A DNA stretch of 64,000 nt from Cetorhinus maximus (taxonomy: Eukaryota): the NCBI RefSeq assembly GCF_964194155.1, contig NC_135892.1, positions 67,580,001 through 67,644,000 of the forward strand. The letters run 5' to 3'. Every line of letters starts with the position of its first letter. Position 1 is the first letter of the stretch. The notes beneath the pieces are model-generated. The model had not been told where the DNA came from and did no database searches. It worked only from the letters and a program-made list of their open reading frames with translations. Positions 25,115-37,454 of this stretch are shown here, piece after piece. Position numbers and translations under genes: made by a program.

Positions 25115-26285
25115 GGACAAAGTGAGGTGAGAGTGGCTGCCCTTGACATCAAGGCAGCATTTGACCGAGTGTGGCATCAAGGACCCCTAGCAAAATTGAA
25201 GTCAATGAAAATCAGAGAGAAAACTCCCTCCTGGGTGAAGTCATACACAGCACAAAGGAAGGTGGTCAAGGTTGTTGGAGGCCTATCTTCTCAGTCCCAG
25301 AGCATCGCTGCAGGAGTTCCTCAGAGTAGTATCCAAAGCCCAGCCATTTTCAGCTATTTCATCAATAACTTTTCCTCCATCATAAGGTCAGAAGTGTCGC
25401 TGATGATTGCACAATGTTCAGTTTCATTTCAAACTCCTCAGATACTCAAGCAATCTGTGCCGACATACAGCAAGACCTGGACAACATTCAGGCTTGGGCT
25501 GATAAATGGCAAATAACATTCATACTACACAAGAGCAAGGTAATGATCATTTTCAAGAGAGAGTCTAACCATCTCCCCATGACATTCAACAGCATCACCA
25601 TTGCTGAACCCACATTATCAACATCCTGGGGGCTTTACCATTGACCAGAAACTGAACTGGACCAACCATATAAATACTATGGTTACAAGAGCAGGTGTGT
25701 TGCTGGGAATTCTCCAGTAAGTAATTCACCACCTGTTTCCCCAAAGCTTGTCCACCATCTGCAAGGCACAAGTCACAAGGGTGACAGAATACTCTCTACT
25801 TGCTTGGATGAGCGCAGCTCCAACAACACTCAAGAAGCACACCACCATCTAGGACAAAGCAGCCAACTTGATCGACACCCCATCCACCACCTTAAACATT
25901 CACTCCCTCCACCACCAATGCACAGTGGCAGCATTGTATACCATTTACAAGGTGCAGTGCAGCAACTCACCAAGGCTCCTTCGACAGCACCTTCCAAACC
26001 CGTGACCTCTACCACTTAGAAGGGCAAGGGCAACAGACGCATAGGAACGCCACCACTTGCAAGCCACACATAATCCTGACTTGGAACAATATTGCTGTTC
26101 CTTCACTGTTGCTGGATCAAAATCCTGGGACTCTCTTCCAAACAGCACTGGGGTGTGCCTGCGCCACAAGAACGGCAGTGGGTCAAGAAGGTGGTTCACC
26201 ACCACCTTCTCAGGGGCAATTAAAGATCGGCAACAAATGCTGGCCTTGTCAGTGACACCCAGACCCCATGAAAGAATCAAAAAAA
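25115..26285 (+). mobile_element. Family-B LINE fragment (RT to 3' tail) inserted into an older CR1 fragment (~24850-25110 and ~26300-26560)
   Basis: ALDIKAAFDRVWHQG...GVPQSS, DLDNIQAWADKWQ; family-B tail; CR1 DFQKAF-like remnant on the left flank. Confidence 0.85.
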
Positions 26286-26757
26286 TTTCTCAAGAGTGGT
26301 AGAGGTGGCAGACTTCTTTTCTGGGTCCGCTTCTTTTCATTGGATTTATTAATGACTTGGCTGCAAGGCCAGAAGTAGTGGTGGCCAAATTTGCAACTAT
26401 TAGTAAAATGGATGGCATTGAAAGTAATTCTGAGGACCAAAGAAGCTTCAAGATGTTATTGATAAGAAGTTGGAATGGCCAATGAAGTGGCAGGTGAAAT
26501 GCAATGGCAGTACGTGTGAGGTGCTATATTGTGATACAAAAAGAGATTATATTGAATATGGCAGGCTGGGTGAATGTGGACAGAGACAAGGAAAGCAGGG
26601 AGTTCTAAACTGAGGAAGAAGGGGTTACTCATGACTTAAAAATTTAAGAAGGTTAAAAAAATTACTGAAGCATGCAATTTCAAAATCTGAGGAATCACCT
26701 TCCAATAATGTCTTTTAAGATCAGAAGTAAAAATCAGAGTTCATTCAATAGACATAC

Positions 26758-26856
26758 CTTGATGCTGGTAGACTGAAGCTTTTGGAAGAAATATCTCTGA
26801 AATGACAAGGGGACCTTCAGCAAGGAAATAATAGCCCCACAAAGGCACATTGTATG
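26758..26856 (-). CDS. INTS7: INTS7 coding exon (~exon 18)
   Basis: Manual translation HTMCLCGAIISLLKVPLSFQRYFFQKLQSTSIK; ttccag acceptor, GTATGT donor; 99 bp. Confidence 0.95.
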
Positions 26857-27034
26857 CTGGAATCAAAGTATAAGGGAAGATTAATAAGCATTACACTGGC
26901 AGTAAAAAAAACATGCTTAGGATATGACACTAATTGCATAGGTTTTTAATAATCCAAATGTAGATAATTAAATAAGGATATTTATCTGCAAAATTACCTG
27001 TATGGTTTTTGAAAGGCATCTCAAAAATTTTAGC

Positions 27035-27830
27035 AACAAGTGAAGCTAGCTGTTTCACACTGCTACAATGCAGTTGCAACATGAGTGATATTTGCAACAG
27101 GATGCTGCCATCAAGCCAAAAAGATGCTCTGCCTATCACACAAATGAGTAACGTGGTATACGAATTTCAGTGCCGTGTGATGCTAGGTATGTAGGCCATA
27201 CATCCCAAAGACTGACAGATTGTATAAAACAGCATGTCCCAGCTGCTGTTTACAATGGGCTTGGTACAGAATGTACGCAACCAGCCTGTGTTTGCATAAC
27301 TCAAAACAGTGTCCAACATCAGATATGATTTGGCGATTGGACAACATTCGCTAAATAATCTTCAGTGTGCTAAGAATTACACTGACAACCAATTTAAGAT
27401 AGTCAGTCGGGCTCAGTTTGGCGCATTTGCGTGTACTGGAAGTCACATATATTAATACACAGGGCCCTGTTCTTTTTAGACAGCAAGAACATGTACACAC
27501 ATTACGCCTGTTTCAGCTAAACAAAATAAGTAACAGCCATTCGCTGACTCATTCCTTAGCACATTGTCTTGATCAATCAGGGTCAAGCTGCCTGGTTTAA
27601 ATTTCAAACAATGCTTGGCAGATTACTGTCAGTCACCATCAACTGGTGCATTCTCCATGGCAACATTTCTACCACAGTCTACTTGCCAACCAATCAGTAC
27701 TCTCTTCTCATAGTGTAAATTGCTGTTTTCCCCCCTATATTGGTATTGTTGCAAAGTGTCCTGATGAGTGCAAGACAAAAAGCTTCGACATTTCTCTTTT
27801 TTCAGCAATACTCAAGTTCTAAACTACCAA
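27035..27830 (+). mobile_element. Penelope-like element of a second family (GIY-YIG remnant plus pLTR with hammerhead)
   Basis: MLPSSQKDALPITQMSNVVYEFQCR then frameshifted YVGHTSQRL..KQHVP; TGTC-CTGATGA-GTGCAAGAC-AAAAAGCTTC-GACA at 27757-27790. Confidence 0.8.
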
Positions 27831-28339
27831 ATGATTACTAAATTAAATAGATCAGATCCCCACAAATGTTTTGCTGAGTTTTCCTCAATTCTCCACCTGA
27901 ACTTCTTCCTGCCCCCGTCCTCATTTTCATCCAATTATTTAACTGCCTCCTAAATTCTGCTTGACCTGAGGAATAGTTGACTCCATATATGCAAGATCAT
28001 AGAAGATCAACCATACATGTATTATACATATTCTATGTGCTTTATTTGATTAGTAAAGTTAAACTTAGGTTACTTAGTGAGGTATTACTGTAAAAAATGT
28101 CACAAAGATTAAAACAATTGTTAAATGTTGTTATTCTGGAGGTCCGTTATTCTAATATTAAACATAAATACTACAGTAATGCTTCATCCAGTTAAATAAA
28201 CACTCATATTATTGACATTTTAGCTAAGAGAGTAATAAAGAAAAGAACTGTGGACATGCTGAACTGGAGCCTGGACACCAGAGTTAACAGGTTACAATAG
28301 TTGTTTTACTAGTCTCAATAATGAAATAATATTAATTTC

Positions 28340-28710
28340 TAGGAACCTTTAATGAACTCAGGATATCTCAAAAGCTTCATAGTCACTGAAGTACTTGTGA
28401 AGTGCACTCATTATTTTAGGGAAGCATGACACCAAGGTCTCACAAACAGCTATGAGACAAATGACCAGATAATCTACTCTAGTGGTGTTGGTTGAAAGAT
28501 GAATGTTGGTTAAAATATCAGGAAAGCTCCCTACTCTTCTTTGAAAAGTGTAATTAAATTTATTACATTCATCGAAGAGGACAGTCTCAACTGAAAGATG
28601 GTACCTCTAACAGTGCAGGATTCCTTCAGTACAGCACTGAGGTGTCACCCTAGATTATGTGCTCATGTTTGTGGAGTAGGGCTTGGAAGCAAGGTTACTA
28701 CCACTGAACC
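28340..28710 (-). mobile_element. Degenerate Deu-domain-type SINE
   Basis: Reverse-complement similarity to 4945-5345 and 52000-52345. Confidence 0.6.
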
Positions 28711-28909
28711 ACAACTGATAACCAAAGAAACACAAATGACACTGCTGAATGTCTAGTTAATCCATGCACTGCTGAGTTGACAGAACTATCTGAGATATGC
28801 AGCTGCAAAGTGCGTACGTGGATATAGTGAGAAGAACAGGTTGAGGTTTAATTGTGTTTCTCCTCAATGTTTGCAGATGACTTGACCACTATTCAAGTTT
28901 ATACTCAAG

Positions 28910-29495
28910 CTCAAATGATACAGTTAGGTGGGAAAGTGAGCTGTGAAATCAACACAGAAACTGCAGAGGGATATAGGCAAGTTGGGCGAGTGGTCAAGGA
29001 CATGGCAGATGGGATACAACTAGGCAAAATGTGAAGTTTAGCAAGAAAAATTTAAAAAGCAGAATACTTTTTGAACGGTGAGACACAGAAATGTTTGCAT
29101 TCAGAGGGACCTGGGTGCCCCTATACATGAATCACACAAAGTTAAACATGTAGGTACAACAAGCAATTACGAATGGTTTAACTTTTGTTACACAGGGATT
29201 GATGCAGAAGAGTAGTCTCACTACAATTATGCAGGGCATTGGTGAAGCCACACCTAGGAAGTGCTGTGTGGAGTTTTGGTCTCCTTATCCAAGAAAGGAC
29301 ATACTTGCCAGAGTGGTAGTGCAATGAAGGTTCATTAGACTGAAGGGATTGTTCTAGGAGGAAAGATTCAATGGACTTAGGCTACATTCTCTGACGTTTA
29401 GAAGAATGAGAGGTGATTTATTTGAAACATACAAATTCTTAAGGGGCTGGCCAGGGTAGATGCTGAGAAAATGTTTCCCCTGGCTGGGGAATCAT
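28910..29495 (+). mobile_element. Degenerate CR1 ORF2 fragment
   Basis: Nucleotide similarity to the RT C-terminus of other CR1 copies (TTAGAAGAATGAGAGGTGATTTATTTGAAAC). Confidence 0.7.
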
Positions 29496-29660
29496 AACCA
29501 TAATCCACACCATCAGGAAAGGAGAAGAGCAACAATGGGTGAAGAAATTAAACATTTGAACCATTTGAGGAGCTGAACACTTTTTCACAAAACAAAGGCA
29601 TTTTATAGGCACAAACTGCCAATATTTATTATTGAACCAGCTGCAATCTACATTACTTAC

Positions 29661-29793
29661 CAGGTAGGAAACAGGAGGATACTTTCTGCTGAGACTCTCA
29701 ACGTCCTCCAGCACTTGAGCAAACACAGACAGCATGCTTCTTTCATACTCGCTCTCAGCATGCACACTCCCACTACATCCGTACTCTTGGAAA
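29661..29793 (-). CDS. INTS7: INTS7 coding exon (~exon 17)
   Basis: (S)FQEYGCSGSVHAESEYERSMLSVFAQVLEDVESLSRKYPPVSYL; ctgcag acceptor, GTAAGT donor; 133 bp. Confidence 0.95.
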
Positions 29794-30195
29794 CTGCAGG
29801 AGAGTCAATTAAAACAAATCACCTTCAAAGTTTTCTAGCAGCAATATATTTGGATTTTAGCCAAGTCAGTTTATACCTATTGTACTCCATAGTTTACTCA
29901 CTATACTAGAGCTAGTTTTATATGCATATGACAGAATTGATGGGAATGTCTGTAATTTTATGTGGAGCACAGAAGGAGGGTGACAAAAAGTTAAATAGGC
30001 CTGCTTCATTACTGAGATAAACATAGCAGCACACCCATTATTGTTCTGTGTAATTTTCTCTCTACACGGCTAGCTTCATGATCCAAATAAAGGTTTGTGA
30101 TGGCTAGGGTAGATGCATCTACCAGATTAAGTGCTTTGTGCACCAAATTAAAAAGGAAGTAAAATTATAATTTAAAAATAACTTTGAAGATGTTA

Positions 30196-31170
30196 AGAAC
30201 CATAGAAAAGTTACAGCACAGAAACAGGCCATTCAGCCCATCGTGTCTGCGCCGGCCGAAAAAAAAACTAGCTGCTCACTTTAATCCCACCTTCCAGCAC
30301 CTGGTCTGTAGCCTTGCAGGTTACAGCACTTTAGGTGCAGATCCAGATACCTTTTAAATGAGTTGAGGGTTTCTATCTCCATCACCAAACCAGGCAGTGA
30401 ATTCCAAACACCCACCACCCTCTGGGTGAAGAAGTTTTTCCTCATGTCTCCTCTAATCCTTCTACCAATCACCTTAAATCTGTGCCCCCTGGTAATTGAC
30501 CTCTCTGCAAGGGAAAGCAGGGCATCTCTGTCTACTCTATCTAGGCCCCTCATAATCTTGTATGCTTAAATCAGGTCACCCTTTAGCCTCCTCAGTTCCA
30601 AGGAAAACAGCCCCAGCCTATCCAATCTATCCTCATAGCTGCAATTTTCAAGCCCTGGCAACTTTCTTGTAAATTTCCTCTGTACTCTCTCTAGAGCAAT
30701 AATGTCCTTCCTGTAATGTGGCGACCAGAACTGTACACAAAATTCCAGCTGAGGCCTAACCAGCATTTTATACAGTTCCATCATCACATCCCTGCCTTTG
30801 TATTCTGTGCCTTGTCAAAAAAAAGGAAAACATTCCATTTGCTTTCTTTACCGCCTTATCCACCTGTCCTGCCACCTTCAGGGGCCTATGGACATGTACA
30901 CCAAGGTCTCTCACTTCCTCTGCCCCTCCCAATATCCTCCCATTTATTGTGTATTCCCTAGTTTTGTTTGCACTCCCCAAATGCATTACCTCAGGCTTCT
31001 CTGGATTGAATTCCATCTGCCACTTTTCCGCCCACTCAACCAAACCACTGATATCATTCTGGAGACAACAGCTATCCTTTACACTTTCAACTACACAGCC
31101 AATTTTTGTGTCACCCGCAAATTCCCCAATCATGCCACCCCACTTTTAAGTCCAAATCATTAATATATAA
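30196..31170 (-). mobile_element. CR1 3' fragment (~1 kb)
   Basis: FAGDTKIG, WAEKWQMEFNPEK, LVRPQLEFCVQFWSPHYRKD, RKNFFTQRVVGVWNSLP. Confidence 0.9.
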
Positions 31171-32469
31171 GATGGAATCCACTAAGTAGGACTGTCTCAT
31201 TTAGAGGCAGCAAAAAATGTAGTGACCTCCATTTCAACATAATTTTTATGATCATTTTATATGGAAGTGCAGAAGACTGTTAACATATCTAGCCATTTTT
31301 GGGCTCCATTGGTCAAGTTGCATGTGTAAGTTATGGAACACTTTCATAATTGGGCCCTAGTTTTTTTAAAACAAGATTCAAGGTTTTTTTTTCTGGAAGA
31401 TTTGCAACTGATGCAGGCAAACAATAGTGAAATAAAAACAAAAAATGCTGCAAATACTTAGGTCAGGCAGCAGTTCCAGCATTTTTTATTTTATTTCAGA
31501 TTTCAAGCATCCGCAGTGCTGTGTTCTTGCACGCAAGGAATAATACTGAGGCTATACAGTTGACAGCATACATGAATTGCATTGTTCCTTTCTTTCCCAT
31601 GCAGGGTTCCAGGAAAGGTTTAGCTCCAAACAGGATGACATGATACTGCAGTATGAGGATATTTATCAAGCACTTTCACAACATTTGAACAAATTTCTGC
31701 AATTTTGCTGTATTGCTCAAGAAATTTATATTTATTGAAGGATGATGCGGAACTAGGGCTCCACATTTTGCACCCCGCCAACCCCCAAGTGGGAATGGGG
31801 GCCGGGTTGTGGGGGGGGGGGTTAAGAGAAGCCCAAAATATTTCATATCGAGTAATGCAGTGTCATTGAAAACTTGCATGGAATAGATTAATTTTGCTTC
31901 AGGGTCTCCATTTAATACCCCACTCTGCGAAACGAACTGTCCTAACAAATGTCCACGAATTATGAATTATCCTGACAAAAAACGCTCCCTCTCCACCAAT
32001 TAGTCTAAGCATATCTAAAACCATCACCCTCCCTCCTGGATTAACCTAGTACGCAAGATGATCTTGTTTAATGTAGAAGGGATGCCATTTTTTCCCCCAT
32101 AATTATGAGAAAACAAATTTTAATTAAAATTGGATTTTAACTTCTGCTATTTAAGAAATGATTCAGAGCATTAGTATTACATCTTCCAGGTTAGCCATAA
32201 GGAAAATGGGATCTTCTGTAATACACTAATCCAAGGAAGGCTGAACTGTTATTATTGCAGCAATTGTGCAAGATATCAATGTCTGTTCAGCAAAACGCTA
32301 GTGCCAGTTAGAATTTGGGACCGGCTCCCTGAGAACTGCAGGGGTATTACTTGCACAGGAAGTGCAACAAGTTTACCATCTGCCAGAAAACAATGTGACT
32401 GAAAAATAATTTTGGCTCGATAATCTTTATAAATTGTTCTACAATTTTATTCCTAGGGTGTGGGCAACC

Positions 32470-33230
32470 CATATTTCTTGAAATTTATACTGTTTAAGAG
32501 GGGGTGGAGCAGCTGAAGCTGGAAAGAAGGCCAGTAATAGGTGAGGGCAAAGGAGAGATTGATAAAGATGTCATGAACAATAGGACAAAAAGGGGTGCTA
32601 ATGGTAATGGAATGGGCTAAAGGAGGTGCTGATAGTGGCAATAAGATAAGAAAGTAGAATGTGATAATAGCAGGACAAGGGTAAGCACTCTGAAAAGAAC
32701 ATCATGAACAAATGACAGATGGCCCTTGTGGGGGTGGGGTGGGGGAAGGGGACGGTGGTGGGGAAAAAAGATCGAAAATAGGATAAAAGATGGGGATAAA
32801 ACAATGAATAAAATTGAAAATAAATAAAAATAAGTGGATAAAAAATGTAAATTAAAAAATAAAAATTAATATTGAAAAAAGAGGGTAAAAAAGGGGTGAA
32901 GATAGAGGAGAGGGTTCATGGTCTGAAGTTGTTGAACTCAGTGTTAAGTCCGGAAGGCTGTAAAGTGCCTAATGGGAAGATGAGATGCTGTTCCTCCAGT
33001 TTGCATTGAGCTTCACTGGAACATTGCAGCAGGCCAAGGACGGACATGTGGGCATGAGAGCAGGATGATGTGTTGAAACGACAAGCAACAGGTAGGTCTG
33101 GGTCATGCTTGCGGACAGACTGAAGGTGTTCCGCAAAGCGGTCACCCAGTCTGCGTTTGGTCTCTCCAATGTAGAGGAGATTGCATTGGGAGCAACGGAT
33201 GCAGTAGACCAAATTGCAGGAGGTGCTAGG
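32470..33230 (-). mobile_element. Penelope-like element fragment: GIY-YIG endonuclease end plus 3' region
   Basis: NLVYCIRCSQCNLLYIGETKRRLGDRFAEHL...EEQHLIFPLGTLQPSGLN is a PLE GIY-YIG domain. Confidence 0.9.
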
Positions 33231-33454
33231 CAAATTTATGCTGTTGATGCAGGTTAGTAGAACCAGGGAAGAAATTGACAAAGTATTTAATCAAAGCCAT
33301 TATAGCTATCAGTTCAAAAACGCTCATCCTATCGGTCTGGGTTGGACCCAGAGTTTAAGTGAAAGTGAGGTATGCTAACTCATTGCACACTCAAGTTCTT
33401 CCCCCAAAACAAGTTCCTGTCAAAGATACTTGACAGCATATTGCTACACAATAG

Positions 33455-33840
33455 GGGGAGATGGTGGTGTAGTGGTAATATCGCTGGACTAGTAATCCAG
33501 AGACCCAGGTTAATACCCTGGGGTTCAAATCCCACGTAGCAGCTGGTGGATTTTGCAGTTGATAAACCTGGAATATAAAGCTAGCCTCAGTAATGGTGAG
33601 CATGAAATTATCACCGATTGTTGTAAAAACCCATCTGGTTCATGAATGCCCTTTAGGGAAGGAAATCTGTCATCCTTACCTGGTCTAGCCTACATGTGAC
33701 TTCAGACCCACAAAAATGTGGTTGACTCTTAAATGCACTCTGAAATGACCTAGCAAGGTTTGCTCAAGGGCAATTAGGGATGGGCAATAAATGCTGGCCT
33801 TGCCAGCGATGCCCACATCCTATAAAAGAATAAAGAAAAA
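33455..33840 (+). mobile_element. Full-length tRNA-derived SINE sharing its 3' tail with the family-B LINE
   Basis: A box TGGTGTAGTGG, B box GGTTCAAATCC; tail GGGCAATTAGGGATGGGCAATAAATGCTGGCC matches the family-B LINE 3' end. Confidence 0.88.
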
Positions 33841-33868
33841 CAATAAAATGCATAATAGAAGTTATTAC

Positions 33869-33937
33869 CTAGCAGAATCTGGATCCAGGATTAGTGCTTC
33901 AATAGAATGAGAAATCAGTAGGCAACTTTGTTGCTGT
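33869..33937 (-). CDS. INTS7: INTS7 coding exon (~exon 16)
   Basis: Manual translation (L)QQQSCLLISHSIEALILDPDSA(S); catag acceptor, GTAATA donor; 69 bp, phase 2-2. Confidence 0.94.
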
Positions 33938-34576
33938 CTATGCATATAGTTAAGGCCACAGTGTATAGCAAATAATTAAACTGCACCACCTTGTTCCCAA
34001 TTGTGTACATTACAATTTATCAAAAATGGCTCAGTCTTAAAAAACAGAAATAAACCATCAAAATTTATTCTGCATCTTTGCTGCAATCTCAAACTTTTCA
34101 CTTCAGTAGGGGCATAAAACTGGCAGCAGTGTTTGGTCATCATTTATATATGCCGCTTTATTTGCCTTTGAAAATCAGGCAGGGCGTGTAAAAGTTGGCC
34201 AATCCAATACCGCAAAATTATCGTCCTGTTCCCCGTTCACTACCCTCCATTGCTCACGTCAATGCAGAATGAAGCAAAATACACCAACCCACTGTCCTCC
34301 GGGGGCAGGATTGAGTTAATGTGTACAAAATGAAAGACTTGTCAGGGTGAATTTTAATAACTATGAAACACAAGACCATTTGCACCTTTCTGTGCAAAAC
34401 AATTCAGCATGCATTTGCAACCGCTAAAAAAAGTAATCGCAAAACAATCACTTGCTGACAGTGGTAGTATCCACAACTGACAGTTTTTAGGTTTTCTGCC
34501 TCTAGATATCCAATGTTATCTTTTTGTCACAATTGATGTTCAAAACAAAAATTTCCAGCTCAGCAGAAAAGGATAC
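33938..34576 (-). other. U12-type (minor spliceosome) GT-AG intron of INTS7
   Basis: 5' splice site GTATCCTTTT (34576-34567) is the U11 consensus; CCTTAAC branch site at 33955-33949, about 11 nt before the AG; no polypyrimidine tract. Confidence 0.93.
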
Positions 34577-34680
34577 AGCTCAACATTTCTCAAGGTGGCA
34601 GAGTCAGCATCAAAGGAGGATTGATAAAGGTCATGGTAGCGCGTTGCTAAACTTCTGAACTCTTCCATCGATACCTTCAT
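34577..34680 (-). CDS. INTS7: INTS7 coding exon (~exon 15), followed by a U12-type intron
   Basis: MKVSMEEFRSLATRYHDLYQSSFDADSATLRNVE(L); tttag acceptor, GTATCCTTTT donor; 104 bp. Confidence 0.95.
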
Positions 34681-35466
34681 CTAAATGAATGCAAACACAA
34701 TTGAGTTGAGAATAACTGCACATCTTTTTACTTAGAAGTTCAAAACTGAAAAATATTAAAAGAGGTTGACACAACATTAAGCTTAAAAGCAAAATTGGCT
34801 GGTGTTTCATGAGTGGAAACTGCAAGTTTTGCCAGAATTCAGCAAAAGCATCAAAAACAAAATACACACCCGTGAGTGAGTTAAAGGAAGTAACTTGATC
34901 AAAAGGTTCTGGTAGAACAAAGATCAAAATTCATAAACAGCAATTGAAACATTAGATCAATGTGCTTACTTTGAACCTACTCCTTGCAATCTTACAAACG
35001 TGTAGTATTCTCAGTACATTTGCACCAAATTGTGACCTATGCACAAGTATTTTGCCTGTGTGCACATTACAATTAATTACACCATGCCATTCATGTGAAT
35101 TCAAATCATCGCACCCAAAAGATAATCCCTAATCTTTCCACTCCAATGACAAGAAATCATGGTGATAAAACAATGTTTTGTCCAGCCTAGAGTAAGTAGT
35201 CGACATTACTATGAACTTCATTCTGCTTCTACAATTTGCAAAGTACATGGTTACCACCAAGAATGTAAACATCACTGCTCAGTTACCTGGTGTAATGGCA
35301 ATGGATTCAGAGGACATTTAACCTACTCCAGCTGCCAATGTGGCTTTATGATATAATTTCAATTACTTCATTGTGTTGAAGATCCTCTAAACCAATCTGT
35401 AAATGATCATCTAGCCCAGTCCTAAAGTAGTCCTGATCCAAAGCATAGAGTAAAGCATGTACATAC

Positions 35467-35661
35467 CTGGTTGGTAATACGGCCACATCTCTGCAAATCA
35501 TTTCCGGATGCCATAGCAATTGCTGTGGCAATGGCAGGTGGAGGGCTGGTCTTCAGGCTGTTACAGGTACAAATCAGTTGAGAGAATGCCTGCAGCATGT
35601 CAATCCTCAGTTTGATAAATTCACACTGAAAAGTCAGGGGGTTTGAAGGTGTACTTGCAGC
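35467..35661 (-). CDS. INTS7: INTS7 coding exon (~exon 14)
   Basis: Manual translation AASTPSNPLTFQCEFIKLRIDMLQAFSQLICTCNSLKTSPPPAIATAIAMASGNDLQRCGRITNQ; ctttcag acceptor, GTATGT donor; 195 bp. Confidence 0.96.
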
Positions 35662-36230
35662 CTGAAAGGAATATTAAATTTAACACAGCTTGCTATTGTT
35701 ATGCTCTCAAACTACTCCATAAAGCTGTTTTTTTAATATAAATTTGCAAGTTTGCTTTCTCTTTTCCTGCAATTGCTTTAATTATGATTATAAAAGAAAA
35801 TCAAACAGCAAGTTTTTTTTGCAGGGGGAATGGTGTTGACATGTCTGAAGATGCAATCTGTGCAAGTGGCATACAGAACATCTTTATCCTAACAAGGAGT
35901 CTTTTAAAAATAGGAACACTGCAAGTGCAGTGAGGCTTGTTAAACAGAAAAGTGCGAGGAGTTTCACTTTGGCAGAGAGGTTAGAAATGCTGGAGGAAAG
36001 TTAGAAGCCTTGTTTGTAATGTTGCATTTTTTAAAATTTGTAATATTGCAGAAAGATAAATCATATGGATTAAATTCAGTCATAATGGTTTTTTATACAT
36101 TCACCTTATTGTGAAATAAAGCAGCTTAACGATTCATATCCGATCTTATCCTGCAAGGTATTGGCTCAATCCACTTTGAGACTCTGAAGCACATATTTAT
36201 AAGGTTCACATCACAAGGGGGTATTATTGA

Positions 36231-36820
36231 TAAAAGCAAAAAACTGCGGATGCTGGAAATCCAAAACAAAAACAAAAATACCTGGAAAAACTCAGCAGGT
36301 CTGGCAGCATCTGTGGAGAGGAGCACAGTTAACGTTTCCAGTCCAAATGACCCTTCAACAGAACTAAGTAAAAATAGAAGAGGTGAAATATAAGCTAGTT
36401 TAAGAGGGGGTGGGACAAGTAGAGCTGGATAGAGGGCCAGTGATAGGTGGAGATAACCAAAAGATGTCACAGACAAAAGGACAAAGAGGTGTTGAAGGTG
36501 GTGATATTATCTGAGGAATGTGCTAATTAAGGGTAGAAAGCAAGATAAGCAAGGTACAGATAGCCCTAGTGGGGGTGGGGTGGGGTGAAGGAATCAAAAA
36601 AGGCTAAAAGGTAGAGATAAAACAATGGATGGAAATACATTTAAAAATAATGGAAGTAGGTGGGAAAAGAAAAATCTATATAAATTATTGGAAAAAAAAA
36701 GGGGGGGGAGGAAATCGGAAAGGGGGTGGGGATGGAGGAGAGAGTTCATGATCTAAAATTGTTGAACTCAATATTCAGTCCGGAATGCTGTAAAGTGCCT
36801 AGTCGGACGATGAGGTGCTG
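36231..36820 (-). mobile_element. Penelope-like element 3' fragment with pLTR
   Basis: Same family as 58986-59870; last GIY-YIG codons at 36745-36820; hammerhead-like motif at 36327-36365. Confidence 0.85.
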
Positions 36821-37454
36821 ATACACTATGTTATCATGCAAGTAGAAATATAGCAGCCAGAATTAACTCTGCAAAAGGATGCCGAGTCTGCTTAGTGGAG
36901 TGACCAACACCTCTGAACCTGAGAAGGTACCTGCACCAAATCTAAGTTTGTAACACTTGGTCATCAGGCACAGCTTACATATTGAAGGATGTGTGAAAAT
37001 GGTCAAGACTCTCTACTGCCTCTCCAGCTGCCCCTCAGTATTCTAGGTTCCATGACGTTAGAGCACTTTGAGTTCAACCTACTTCCTCATCTGTAGTTAT
37101 CACAAAACCCTAAATTAGTGTAATCCCGCCAAAAAAGATAATCATACTTAAACTGCATTACACTCAAGCCAGTTTTCCTGCACTATAAGTGGTGTTTTGT
37201 TTAGATTGTTTTTCTGAGAAGAGTTTGACACTTATTTTTGTGAATTAGACTTCTAAAGGGTTTTATATGGCTTAATATATCTTGCCTTCAAATTGCACAA
37301 CAAGCATATGACACAGCTGCCAACTGCAATGTCCTCTGGGAAGCTGACAAAACAGTTGTCATCTATTCTGCAACAATATAAATCTGAAAGAATTGGACCA
37401 CTGCTGAAACTGTGAAGTTTTAAACTGGACACATGCATTTTGAATTGAACTTAC

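Noticed and set aside
32916-33281. GIY-YIG ORF as a domesticated nuclease gene
   Set aside because: No ATG, the N-terminal part is non-homologous flank, and it closely resembles other PLE copies in the window.
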